Shown here: one piece after another, positions 1 through 13,440 of the stretch
Position numbering within the stretch: the first letter of the stretch is position 1
Layout: every line of letters starts with the position of its first letter
NCBI RefSeq assembly: GCF_026571515.1
Contig: NW_026866038.1
Coordinates: 62,001 to 126,000 of the forward strand
Reading direction: 5' to 3'
DNA from: Ruditapes philippinarum
Taxonomy: Eukaryota
Length of the DNA: 64,000 nucleotides
The notes under the pieces: model-generated
The model's input: the letters and a program-made list of their open reading frames with translations, nothing else
Database searches by the model: none
What the model was told of the DNA's origin: nothing
Translations under genes and position numbers: made by a program

Positions 1-38
1 CAACTTATGTACAAAAAAGAATTTTTTATTTATATAGA

Positions 39-209
39 NNNNNNNNNNNNNNNNNNNNNNNNNNNNNNNNNNNNNNNNNNNNNNNNNNNNNNNNNNNNNN
101 NNNNNNNNNNNNNNNNNNNNNNNNNNNNNNNNNNNNNNNNNNNNNNNNNNNNNNNNNNNNNNNNNNNNNNNNNNNNNNNNNNNNNNNNNNNNNNNNNNNN
201 NNNNNNNNN
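39..209. other. Assembly gap (N run)
   Basis: Run of N; ORFs spanning it are artefacts. Confidence 0.99.
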
Positions 210-515
210 AACAAAATAGAGAATAAGTTAAGCTCATGGGTAATGTTCCATTACATCTTTCGGTATTCATTTAAAAAATGTAAACCATAAAATTTGAACT
301 CTCGGGCATTTGCTTTCAAATCCAGCACTTTTTATTATGTCAATTTTAATGAGTTAACATTAGATTTCTTTCTCCAAATAGATTTCTAAACTTATCTTTA
401 AAGGCAGCATGCCTCAAGATTTATTCAAATTTTCATGGATTTAAAAAAAAATGTATTGAATAGTAGAATATTTTCAAGTGAACAAAGAAAGTAACATTAA
501 CACAGCAGCTTTAAC

Positions 516-3500
516 TCACCCATCAGGTTTTTCGCATATGTAAGGCACAATAGGATCGCTACAATGCCAATCGTTCCAGAGGCCGTTGTCGTGAATCCCG
601 TTCAATGTACCACAATTTTCATTTTGACCACCATTATCAGGCGCACCTGGCATCCAGTTTGAATATCCAGTTTGAGAAATGGGAGTTTTAGTCTCCATCC
701 ATACCCAAACCCCTTCTTCTTGTATATCACTGAGAGCTATCCAGTAGTTTTCTATGAATATTTTAATAAATTAAACAATGCAGTAGTCTAATTAAATTCG
801 GCGCGAAATGTTTGACTCATTTTACAGACTTTTTTCCTACTGTCAAACATTTCCCGAATGAAAAATATCTCAATCGTTTTATTAGCGGAACTAACAGAAA
901 AGCATACGATAGCCGAAAAATTGTCGCTATCCTCATGACTGATATATGTGACTTATTTTACTTGTTACGTATGAAATATTATTCAAAAGACACTCTTATA
1001 TTGATGTTATAAACATGTGTATATTGTCTGTAAGAATTATTAACATTCTTAAAATTTTAATTTGTTCACTTTTTGGCGCTAAAAGCTCTCGCGTCACGTT
1101 AACGTCGCCGCCTTTTTAGCGACGTCATGGACGGCAGAGTTTTCCGGAAGTTACATAAAAAGATTACAAACAAGTTTATTTTTGAAGACATTAACGGTAG
1201 CGATATTTGATGTAAAATATTATTATTACAGTAAATATTCAGGATTGAAGAAATTAATTAAATTGACAGGACACTATTGTTGAGAATCGCTACGCTACGC
1301 ATAGCTACAATTATATGAACTTTGTAGATGTAAAATAAACGAAATTACAAGATTGCAGCGCATTTCTTACTTGGTTTTCTGAATCCTGAACAATTCTCAA
1401 CAATGGTGTCGACTATATATCGCTAAAAGAAAATAATGGACTACGATACTGCACGGAAATCGCGGACAGCGCATTTGGCACGTTAACCAAGATTTATAGA
1501 GAACTTGAAGAGTTGATGTTAACCACTGAAAATGAGCAAAAAGTAAAAGAATTGTTTAATCGACTGTGCGAAAGATACGAAAAATTTTAAAACAACACAC
1601 TTTGAAAGTTTAGACTTTGCGACGATCCTAAAACTATAGAAACACTAAAGAAGAACTTTGAAAGTTGCCGAGCGAACTTTATAGAATTCAAGGAAAGATA
1701 TGCCGAATGGAATCCCGTAGCATCAATACCCAGTAGTGCAGTTTCATCAACAACTCGGCTAAGAAACGCAAAAGTTAAGCGTCTGATAGCTGAACAAAAA
1801 CTGAAGACTCTTAAAGAAAAACAAGCTTTGGAGAAGGAGAAACTGCGATTAGAGGCAATACAGAAGGAGCTCAAAGATAAATCGCAACTACTGGATCAAG
1901 AAAGTGCTGTGATGGAAGCGAGGCTGGAGGAGTCAATGTGGGCAGACGAAAGCACGGTGATAGAAGCAGACGACATATTAGAAGATGGGCATATTGTGCA
2001 GAAAAACTATGGATTTTGACATACTTATCGAAATGATAATGTAGCCGATAGCAATACGGCACGTTATTCTCGTGCTTGTCCCGTAAAGATCACGAGGCTG
2101 CAGACGCACGTAAGTTCGAAGATGTAACGCAGCAAGATGGCGGAAATAGCGCTTCCGGTTTAGAAGTGGAACGACTTGCATCAATCATTCAAGAAGGATT
2201 TAATTTACCAAAACCAGAGTTACTGACATTCAACGGTTCTGCGCTTGATTATTGTAAGTTCATTAAAAATTTTGAGACCAACATTGAGTGCAAAGTAAGT
2301 GACAATAGGTTAAGATTAAGTTATCTAATACAATATTGCAATGGTGAGGCAAAATCTTGCATAGAAGATTGTGTGTTATTGGATTCAAATGTAGGGTATA
2401 ACGAGCTAAATCAATTTTGCAATCTCGTTATGGTAGGCCACATGTTGTTGCGAGAAGTCATATTGATAAATTGTTGCTTGGCCCTAATATTAATGCATCT
2501 GATGTTAAAGGATTGTCTCAATTAGCTTTAGATATGCAAAAATGTCAAATGACACTTTCACAACTAGGGTTTGTTTCTGACGTAGATAACTCTGAGAATT
2601 TAAGGCGCATTGTAAGACGTCTCCCTATGCATTTGAGATCAAGATGGGCAGAGGTAGCCCACTCTATTTTTGAGTCTGGGAGAGAACCTAATTTCTTTGA
2701 ATTGACCAAATTTATTGATGAAAGGTCACGTGTTGCTAGTTCAGTTTACGGCATTGATGTTGTAAAAGAAAATGTCCGAGAAAATAAAGCGTCTGCGTCA
2801 GGAAATACCACAAAAGGTAAAATAACTACTCTGTCTACATACACAGAAAACCAAACGTCAAAATACAGTAGAAAATGTTTTTGTTGTTCAGGTACATGTT
2901 CGAATTTATCTTTATGTGATAAATTTAGAAAATTGTCTTTAGAAGATAGGAACAGGTTTGTCATAAAATCTAAATTGTGTTTCAATTGCCTCAAACCCAA
3001 TCATATGTCACGCAAATGTAGGCGGGATAAATTATGCACTGTGTCTGATTGTACCACTAAACACCATTTTCTTTTACACAATTGGTCCCCAAAGCGTCCC
3101 GATAATTCAATAACCCAACCTTCTGTTAATTGTGCAGCAGTTAATGGTTCATTTGCTAAAACCTGTCTAGGGATCATACCTATAACTGTAAAGGGTGGGA
3201 ACGGTTACTCTTGCCAAACTTATGCTCTGCTCGACGATGGAGCAGACAAAACGCTTTGTGATGAAAGTCTTATACAGCAGTTGCATTTGACCAGCCGGCC
3301 TGTCACCTTCCAGATATCGACCATTAGCTCGACCGGAAGTACAACTTGTGGACAGGAAGTTAATCTCAGCGTTTGCCCAGTTTCTGGAAATGGTGAAATT
3401 CACCTTAACAATGTTTGGACGGTTAAACAGTTACCTATCTCTACCCGTTCTGCAGTGACAAGTGATGACATTATTGGCGTTCCATACTTGTCCGATTTAC

Positions 3501-6500
3501 AAATTCCCAAAGTAAAGGCTAATGAAGTCCGGATTTTAATTGGTACAGATTTCCCCGAAGCACATATTCCACTTGAAGTGCGTTCTGGAAGCAGTCATCA
3601 GCCATATGCTATAAGGACACGACTTGGTTGGGCAGTTCGTGGGCCAGTCCCTCGTCCTTTTGTTGAACAGAACAGAACAAAACATAACAGAGCAAATATA
3701 AACTTTGGTCATTCAAATGACATAATGCTGCAACAACAGCTCGAGCGTATTGGGACGTGCTCTGACTTCAACGATTGTTAAAATTCTGCGATAAAGAGTC
3801 AATGTCCCATCGAAGATAAAAAGAGCGTTGACATTTGAATCATCCCTTCTATGCTAGATGGTCACTTAAGATTGGAATAACACATAATAAGACTATACTA
3901 CCAATATACAATATGCAATAGCACGTAATCCTTAAACAAATTAGTCTACTGAAAAATAATAATAACATGATAGATCCGTTAAGATAATAGAATATATGGA
4001 ATAAAATAACATACAAACTCTAAGCGCTATGTACTTAAACCAACACCCTGTGAGAACATACCCAGAAAAGTATCTATAGTATATAGAACATAGACACGAC
4101 GAAAATACAACGATACTTCAAATGAAAATAGCCAAGCCCTCAAGGTCAGATTAATGACAAATAAGTAGAGGTAACTTATTAATATCATAGAGAAAAATAA
4201 GCTCTGATACTGCTGAAAATAATAGAGCAATATAACCATCATTATATAATATACAACACACACAAATACATAACATAAATACACATACACATACATACAA
4301 CTATAAACTGTATCAAGTCAATACTAGTATAACAAAGAAAAAACACACATCTACACATACATATACAGAATATATACATAGAAAAAAAACAGCCAAAAAC
4401 AAACACGAAAAAAACACATAAATAAAAAACTGTAAGAAACTTCCTATAGTCATGATTGCCAGATCGTAACTCAAAAGGGAGAACAGACAAAGATAAGCAG
4501 CGAAAATTACATCAAGATAAAAATGAAAGAGTAGGAACATAACACGTAGGATGCACAGAATAGATCATACAAAATCATAACCAAAAATTACACGCAAGAA
4601 TACACCAAACGTTGTTAACACACAATACCACGAATATACATATATAACGTGTATTAGGCATTAATTGGAACGTTAATGACGATTTCATCACATTCAAAAT
4701 CAAGAAAAACAAATAAACCTGTAACTAGACGCGGAATGCTTTCCATAGTTAGTGCGATATTTGATCCACTAGGACTTTTAGCACCAGTGACATTACGAGC
4801 AAAGGCTATCGTTCAAAGCTTGTGTAGAAGGAAATTTGGTTGGGATGAAGCAATTCCGCAAATTGATCACGATGAATGGCAACGTTGGATATTAAACTTA
4901 CCTTGTTTGGAAAACGTTCGAATAAGCCGTTGTTTTCAACCAAAATATTTCAGTACTTTAAAAAATATACAGTTACACGTGTTCAGCGATGGTTCTGAGA
5001 CGGGTTACGGCGCATGCGCATATTTACGCATTACTGACGAAAATGATAATACTGCATGTTGTTTAGTGCTTGGCAAGTCCCGACTCGCCCCGATAAAACA
5101 AGCTTCGATACCGAGACTCGAACTGTGTGGAGCTGTTGTGTCATGCCGCCTGTATGCCATGCTGAAAGAAGAACTTGATTTGAAAATTGACAAAGTTGTT
5201 TTCTGGACAGATTCAATGATCATTCTTGGATACATAAATAACACTTCAAGACGTTTTAAGACTTTCGTCGGGAATAGAATTAGTTATATTCATGAAATGA
5301 CGAGTCCAGAACAGTGGCACTATATCGACTCCAGTTCGAACCCCGCTGACATAGCATCAAGAGGCATAGATCCTGGCGATAAAACTAGCATTTCTTTCTG
5401 GCTAAATGGACCAGACTTTCTGGCGCAGGACGAGTCTACTTGGCCTAAATTTGTAAACATAAACGATATCGCCGACGACGACTCCGAAATTAAAAGAGAC
5501 GTAGCAATAAATACCACTGGGGTATACACTGGGCTGACTATAGGAGACATTATCAACCATTATTCAGACTGGAACAGGCTACTAAGAGCATTTGCTTGGT
5601 TACAGAGGTTTGTGACATACTGCAGAAGTCAAAATAAAAATGAACAAAATTGTGAAGACCTCAAACTAGCTGAGATACAAAATGCTACTCATGAAATTGT
5701 TCGGTATGTACAGAAAATCAATTTCCAACAAGAAATAAAAGACTTATTGAAAGGAAACCCCGTAAAAGAGAACAGCAGATTAGCTATGCTTAACCCTGTG
5801 ATGAAAAATGGACTCATCCGAATGTCTGGGAGACAAATTTACACTGACTATGAAAAAGCCCTATAATTCTTCCCCACAATGATCACGTGACAGAGCTGAT
5901 AATTCACAATAGCCATAGCAGCAATGGACATGTAGGATGGCAACACGTTCTAGCAGAAATACGGTCAAAATTTTGGATTTTACGTGGTCCTAGTGCTGTT
6001 AAAAAGACCATAGGAAAATGCATTGCTTGTAAACGACAGAGAGTCCATTACTCGCTCAACAGATGGCGCCACTTATCCCAGAGCAGACGACACCTTGCAA
6101 ACCACCGTTTACATTTGTCGGAGTGGACTACTTTGGACCATTGATAGTAAAATTAGTCGATCTAGCGTTAAAAGATATGGTTGTCTGTTTTCTTGCTTGA
6201 CAACGAGACAGCAGTGCATATAGAAGTAGCCCATAGTTTGACAACAAATTCATTCATAGCTGCCTACCAGCGTTTTACATGCAGACGTGGACAACCAGAG
6301 AAAATGTTTAGTGACAACGGTACCAACTTAGTTAGTGGAGACAAAGAACTTAAGAAATCTTTAGAAGAGTGGAACCAGTCTAAGATCGGCAGATATATGT
6401 TACAGAATAAGGTAGACTGGCACTTTAATCCACCATACGCGAGCAATATGGTGGGGCATGGAGAGAATGATAAGATCTACACGCACCATTTTGAAAGCTC

Positions 6501-9500
6501 TTGCCAAGGAACAACTTTTAACAGACGAGAAATTACTCACTTTCATCGCAGAAACAGAAAGAATTCTAAATGATAGACCAATCACTTCCGTGAGTAGCGA
6601 CCCTAGAGATCTTCCAGCGCTCACACCAAATATGCTTCTTTTAATGAAAAGTAATGCGAGTATTCCAAGAGGTAGGTGTTTTTGAAAAAAGAAGATGTAT
6701 ACAGTAAAAAATGTGGAAACAGATACAATATTTGAGTGACGTATTCTGGAAAAGATGGATCAAAGAGTACTTACCTTCTCTTCAGAACCGACAAAAATGG
6801 CAGAGAGAAACAAGAAACATGAAAGTGAACGACATCGTACTTGTAGCAGACGATACCATTCCACGAGGGCAGTGGCCACTTGGCAGAGTAACTGAGGTTT
6901 TTAAGGGTAGGGATGGGCTTGTACGCAAATGCCTTGTCCGTATAAGAAATTCAAATGTCCTCAGACCAATAACAAAATTATGTCTTTTAGAAGGCACAGA
7001 GTAAATAATAGTTGCGTTAACATTTTGTCAAAATACATTTAGTGATGTACAAAAGCCTTCTTTAATTTAATTTTATTTATTTATTTTTTTTTTACGCGTG
7101 GATTAGACATTTTAACAACCCAAAAAAAAAGAATTTGATATACTATAATATGTATTGTACTTCTTGCAAGAGCATGTTCTTACCATGACTAGATAGCGGT
7201 TGTAAATTATAATAATTGCAAAATTTAAAAATTGCAATCTTTGATGATATTTATATTTGTGTCATGTTATATATTTTTCAAAATAATTACGTATATATGA
7301 GTATTGGTTGTTTTTTAAATATTTATTTTTATTTTCATTTACAAAAAATATTAAGTATGTAGATTTATACATTTTTTGATACATATACACAACGTTTTAG
7401 TATTAATTTTTTTTTTACTAGTTTTTCTTCTACATTATTTTCAAATCATATATATTTGATAAGTAAATTATTGATATTTTGAGAAAACAAAATTTGCTTA
7501 AGTGCTATTCTTATTTGATGAAATTAAGACATTTCATGGAGGGCACTGTAAGAATTATTAACATTCTTAAAATTTTAATTTGTTCACTTTTTGGCGCTAA
7601 AAGCTCTCGCGTCACGTTAACGTCGCCGCCTTTTTAGCGACGTCATGGACGGCAGAGTTTTCCGGAAGTTACATAAAAAGATTACAAACAAGTTTATTTT
7701 TGAAGACATTAACGGTAGCGATATTTGATGTAAAATATTATTATTACAGTAAATATTCAGGATTGAAGAAATTAATTAAATTGACAGGACACTATTGTTG
7801 AGAATCGCTACGCTACGCATAGCTACAATTATATGAACTTTGTAGATGTAAAATAAACGAAATTACAAGATTGCAGCGCATTTCTTACTTGGTTTTCTGA
7901 ATCCTGAACATTGTCTTGCGATCAGTAGACAGCATTGTGGCAGTATACATAAAACGTCCATCTTTACCTCAATACCTTTACCTCAATACTTTGATTTAAC
8001 CCACCATCTTTAATGAAATGTCAACGCTGTCGACATTCTCTATTTGATAGATCCTGGTCAACGTAAAGAAAGTTCTATACATTGCTACTGCTACAGAACA
8101 AAAATAAATTGTTTTAAGATAGTTTAGCAAATAATGTTAATAACCGTTTTTGTCTGTTAGGCAAATTAATCTTTTATAATGTTCTAAAAACGTATAATAA
8201 TTGATGTTGTTTTTAGTTTTTGATTTGTTTGTTTTCCCTTCTAAATCATGATTTGCTGAGGTGTAGATACTTACTGTTAAACCGCATTGCCATTGATATA
8301 AGGAAAGCGCTTTCTGCAGCTGATTCAATCTCTACTAATTTACCACCTAAAATGTGACACATTGTCTGAAACGGACAATACAATAACTTTATTAAAGAAC
8401 ATTCTTATCTTACTTTTTACAATATACTATTGCTTTAAAAAAAAAAATTCATCGTCATAAATCAAAACCATGTTTAGTGTAATAGCATACCGTAATCGGA
8501 ACACCCCGACGGTAATTTGTAATAATCCCGGAGTTATAGTTCTACCATATGTGACTACAGATATAAACAAAACAAAGGGTGTAATCTTTGTATAATGAGT
8601 AACGAATGCATTTATTGACATCCAAAGGAAAAGAAAGTAGGTATTTGTAAAATTGTGAATGAAAAATGTGTTTAGCTTAACCGTGTATGTTTTTAGCTAT
8701 GACCGTTGTCAGGGTTCTGTGTATTCATACTATTTGAGATCTTTATCCGAAAACTGACGGAAAGTGTCGAAAAGTTGCGATTGAGCATACCATAGCGTTT
8801 GGCCAATCCTCCTGGTCATGACTAAAGTGATAACAGGATTTATCATGCCGCATCCATCCGTTTGGACAAGTAGATGCATCTAGTAAATAATGAATATAAT
8901 TATCCTTCTATATATTGAGTTCATACCTCACAAGTCTACTTGGCATGAAAATATACCGAACTTTTGAGGTAAGAGTGAAGGTGTATTGGTTTAAATATAT
9001 TTATTCAACAAAACATTTAACTAGTGAACAATATTTACAAAATAAATTTTGGGATTGGACAGAAAGCTATAAAGCTCTCCCTTTTAAAACAGTTTACATA
9101 CAGTTCAAGTCATTACCATGTACAATGGTTACTTGAAATTATTATAATAATAATAATTATTTCAAGACGTTTTCATAATAATTAAGTATTTTACAATGTA
9201 ACATATGTAAGAGAAAACAGTAATAAAGAAAAAAAAGAGCAAAATGAATGAACAATGAAGCAAACTGCAGAAGATGACAAAGCTTGGAATGCGCGAAAAG
9301 AAGCACAGTAATATCTTATTTGATTGCTTTTAAGTTGCATATAAGCTAGATATACACTGAATATTTAAGGAAAAGATAAAAGAGAAAGGAAAGAAAAAAT
9401 GGATGAACAATGATGAAGCAATATCGAGGAACTTGTTAAGATGCATAATCTAATATCTGTTCAATATGTTGAATATGTTGACATTTCTGATTTTAAGATT

Positions 9501-10958
9501 AGAATCATAAGGTAAGAATGATATTGATAGAAGAATTACACAATGGGGAATAGTCCTTATTATTTCAGGTCACAGATAAGTATATTTAGGGCATTGTACG
9601 CATTTTCTCTCGCATTAAGGAGAGTCGATAATGTTCTTTCCCAATAAATCGGCAGAAAGTGAACTGTAGTCTGAAAAAAGAGTCATTTGCGCCCACGCAA
9701 AGAAAATGGGCAAGTACACTTGGCATATCAATATTTAGCAGTCGGTTAAATGATGTTAACGTTGTAGCAGTTTGTAGAGTTTAAATCCTTAATAGCATAA
9801 GGTAAGAATGCTTTAAAGTAAAATTCTGTATTGGTACGAATATTTTGTGTGCCGTCCACGTTCCGGAGAGGGCGACGATGCTAACCGACAGAGGGACACG
9901 ATCAGAAAGATAATGTGGTGTAATATTGATTTTCATGTTAAAGAAAAGAATAAGGGTTCCCAGCCAATTTAATTTTAGTTAATCAATAGACACGAGTTTT
10001 GTTGTTCCAGTAATCATTATAGCTGCTTCATTTGATCGAGCTCCTTTTTATCACTTTATGTACAATACTCATCTTCATATTCTAGAATCGGTCTTATGAA
10101 AAATTGGTAAATGACCTTTAATGATTTCCTGTCGAGTTTGAATTTTAATTTTTTTATAACATTTATTCTATTCCAAGCTTAAGCTTTATTTGAGATGTGG
10201 ACCGTCTTAGGTCATGAGCGAAAGTATTACCCAAGTATTTGTGAATACATGTACGTACTTGTTTGTGTGCCTTGCATAAAGATGGGACGATGGATATGCT
10301 TATGTTTGTTTTTCGTTATATCAATGAGGTTCTGCTTTTTGGCGGATTAAATTTACCAACCATTTTCAGGAAAGTATAGTTATCTTTTGCAGATATGTGA
10401 TACGGATAGTTGAAACAGTGGCGGGATATTCGACTACAATGAATAGGTTAGTATCGTCGGCAAAAGTCGATCGACATCTGGCTTGGAAACTTTGCACACT
10501 TGTTCACCATTGATGTCGATAACGATATCGTTAATATAAACCAGAAACAGCAAGGGCCAAGTAATTGACCCTTGCGGTACAGCAGTGGTAATAAAGTTTG
10601 GAGAATATCTGCTACCTGGTAGAACAACTCCTTGTCTTCTGTCCGATAAGAAGAAAACCAAGAGGAAAGACGCCCAGATATAACGACGCAATTTAATTGA
10701 GAAGACCCTTGTGCCATTTTTTTGGTCTAACCATATTGAATTTTCAATTCAAATGAGATGGGTTTATGTATTTTACATGAATTTATCGATTTGCGCGAGA
10801 TTTTGAAAGCTATAACATCTTAAAACGTGTTTTGTTTTTCATTATAAATTGAACACTTCACTTATTTATTCCCCTGCACTGTTTGTAATAAAAAAAACAG
10901 ACTTACGTAAGCGCCAGGATAAAGAACATAAAATCAACAAGAAATAAAAGTTCCACAT
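516..10958 (-). CDS. Perlucin-like secreted C-type lectin, copy 1 (4 coding exons, 155 aa)
   Basis: Exons complement(10907..10958, 8791..8879, 8275..8365, 516..751), all GT-AG, 468 nt in frame. Translation: signal-like [17 protein letters not shown]; [29 protein letters not shown]; [22 protein letters not shown]; [17 protein letters not shown]...APDN...ENC...WNDWHC...YICEK. Long-form CTLD with 6 Cys. Confidence 0.93.
1029..1392 (+). repeat. 5' LTR of Bel/Pao element
   Basis: Direct repeat of 7547..7910; no differences seen by eye. Confidence 0.97.
1436..7004 (+). pseudogene. Bel/Pao gag-pol polyprotein, frameshifted in this assembly
   Basis: DUF1759-like gag ([12 protein letters not shown]); Cys/His knuckles (CFCC, CFNC..H....C, C....C...HH.LLH); aspartic protease (ALLDDGAD); Pao Peptidase_A17/RNase H-like region ([27 protein letters not shown]); H2C2 integrase zinc finger; integrase core (SDNGTN); DUF5641-like tail ([10 protein letters not shown]). 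The RT interval, about 3780-4670, is unreadable. Confidence 0.9.
7547..7910 (+). repeat. 3' LTR of Bel/Pao element
   Basis: Direct repeat of 1029..1392. Confidence 0.97.
8985..10725 (-). mobile_element. Decayed 5'-truncated non-LTR retrotransposon (CR1/L2-like) in lectin-1 intron 1
   Basis: RT remnant [11 protein letters not shown]...[20 protein letters not shown] at 10434..10691. Decayed downstream coding sequence and an AT-rich tail with AATAAA near 9000. Absent from intron 1 of lectins 2 and 3. Boundaries approximate. Confidence 0.8.
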
Positions 10959-11404
10959 ATCTGAAGCGGTAGTTATTGTACATTAAACATAATCTACTTT
11001 GTTCTTATCAATTTCTTAATTTTGTCATTGTGTCCCATATATATATTTCTGTGACATTGACAGCGATAAAGTATTACATGAGTGAACAATTTACAACAAT
11101 TCCACAAAAAATGACAAAAGTCTGGATAAAGTGTGATCTCTGGGATGCATTAATATATATAAAAAATACATGAAAGTTAACTGGGTTTGATTGAGTCTGT
11201 ACATGAGGGATATTGAAACCGCATTTTATAAAAGTTAATATTGTCGCAATATGTATGCTTTAAACAAGACATGCATAAAGGAATAACAAGTATTCTTAAA
11301 ACCTGGTTTTCTCTCACTTTCGTTGATGTATTCGGAAAAAAAGATATGTCAAGATATTATATGAATTTATATTTTTCACATACATATAACAATTCATAGT
11401 CCGT

Positions 11405-11560
11405 TGTCGTCGTTGTGACCTTTTTGATTGTTGCAATTCTGTTGAATAGTTGTTTTTATATTTGCATATCCTGATATCGGGTATCGGAATTAAAACTATC
11501 GCCATAAATGCACTGGCAAAAGTATGAAAACCTTATTTTTTGATCATGAACTATATATTA
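11405..11560 (+). pseudogene. Orphan 3' UTR remnant of a deleted acidic repeat-protein gene
   Basis: CGTCGTTGTGACCTTTTTGATT...ATATCCTGATATCGGGTATCGGAATTAAAACT...GCCATAAATGCACTGGCAAAAGTAT matches the sequence just after the stop codons of gene A (36090-36240) and gene B (47597-47735). No coding exons lie upstream. Confidence 0.8.
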
Positions 11561-11769
11561 ATTAACATTCATCAAGAAATTCGATCCTTTAATTTTGCAT
11601 TACCATAAGATGTATAGTCTTAAATCATAAACAGGTTCATTTTCATGAATAGAATGCTTAATTTCTTATTGTACTTAATTAATTAGTGTTATATTCATGT
11701 ATGTTTAACTTGACCATTGCAGTGCAGTACTCTGTCATTAACATCGCAGTTTCTTAATATGCTGTCATG

Positions 11770-12240
11770 TTTGACCACCGCACGATTGTATCACAGTGTT
11801 TCACTATCGCACGATCGCATCATTGTGATTTCATCTTCGCACGGTCGCTCCATAGTGTTTCGCAATTGCACGATCGCATTAATTTGTTTCATCATCGGAC
11901 GATCTCACCTTACTGTTTCACCATCGCATGGTGCCATCATAGTTTTTCACTATGGCACGACCGCAACATCTCACGACCGCATCTTAGTGTTTCATTATAG
12001 CACATTTGCATCAAAGTGTTTCCCTGTCGCACGACCGCATCATATTGTTTCACGATGACATTATGTTTCCCCATCGCACAATCGCATCATAGCGTTTCAC
12101 TATCATGCAATCGTGATTTAACCATCGTTCTGTAGCGTTTTCATCATCGTGTAATCCTACTATTGTGTTTCCATCATCGCAGCATTTTAAATCGTGAGTT
12201 AAAGCAAATAAAAATGCCACGATTGTCGTAACAGAACACC
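11770..12240. repeat. Degenerate ~29-bp minisatellite (ATCGCACGACCGCATCATAGTGTTTCACT), unit 1 copy
   Basis: Tandem degenerate copies; equivalent arrays at 36520-37075 and 48010-48350. Confidence 0.85.
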
Positions 12241-13440
12241 GTACTCGCTACGCTACATATAAATGTGTAACGATAACATTATTTGTCTAGAAAGAGTTTT
12301 TGTAAATTGTAAGCTTTTGATTCACATTATACTTATCTTACTTTCAGATTTGATTCATTATTCTAAAATCGAGCATTTTGGAGAGAAGAGAGTCAAACAG
12401 GAAAACTATTCAATTTACTTGTAGAAACTTTTATTCTGATTAAAAATTAAAGACACTAAACTATTTTAATAGTTTATACCATCAGAGTCATTATCGGAGC
12501 AGGTTAATGTCCCTACACTTAAATCATTTAAAATTCTATCATTTTTATCTTTCTTCCCTCTCCCCCCTACCGAGCACCGACTCGGCACTACTTGAAATTC
12601 ACTATAATTAAGGATTAGGAAAATGCATGACAAAAGTGACAATCTAAAACACAAGACATACTAAATTGAGATATACCTATATAGTTACATTCTTTTTTAA
12701 ATAATATCTTTAGATATAACTTATTATCTTTCATTAAGAAGTCGCAATGTCATTTCTTGTTCGATCATTAGATATAAGACAGAGGTGCATTTATAGGCTT
12801 GCGTTCTTTTTTCTTTATAAGAATATATTCATCAGACAACTTGATGGTGCTTATAGGCATCCGTACTTGTTCTGTTGTCATTAAATACATTCATAAGACG
12901 AAATTACCATGAAAATGTTTTCCTATAGCATTAAGATAACAACAAGCCTAAGGGGACGCCGCCGACACCGCCGACAAAAGTAACCCCTATATCTTTCAAG
13001 GCGACACAAAAATGTGCAAAAAAGCAACCCTAACTGCGATAGTCCCGCGGTAAAAATGTGGTGATAAATACTGCAAAATCAATCATTCATTACAATTTAT
13101 ATGTTAATTATTACTTGAATCGTAAACATTTTTTGCTTTCCTAAAAATCTCGGTGCATTTTTCTTGAGGTTGTTTTTCTTGAGTTCTTTAGCTAGTATGG
13201 AGGCATGCAGCTTTTATACACGTAGAAAATTGGACAGTAACCCTCTACTATTGCACAAACATGTAATAAATAACGAAACATGGACTGGTAGTGTACGTAT
13301 CATCATATCGAATGTTCAGGGTTCCCGCCTTTATATTTTTCCCGCCATTCTAACATCAATTCCCAAAACAATGTTAAATATTGTGGCATTTTTCCGACAC
13401 CAGATACATGTTATTATCGCGGTTATTCTGTTTATTATTG

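Larger units (their letters stand above)
1029..7910 (+). mobile_element. Bel/Pao LTR retrotransposon, full length, in lectin-1 intron 3
   Basis: 364-bp LTRs at 1029..1392 and 7547..7910 (TG...CA). 5-bp TSD TTGTC at 1024..1028 and 7911..7915. PBS-like TGGTGTC near 1404 and purine tract GGAGGG before the 3' LTR. Gag-PR-(RT)-RNaseH-IN order. Confidence 0.97.

Noticed and set aside
4027-4540. Hydrophobic minus-strand ORFs resembling membrane proteins (env-like)
   Set aside because: Translation of A-rich scrambled sequence, probably an artefact.
11717-12058. His/Ser/Arg-rich ORFs (also 36519..36794 and 48211..48540)
   Set aside because: Overlap a 29-bp minisatellite; frames are not conserved between units.
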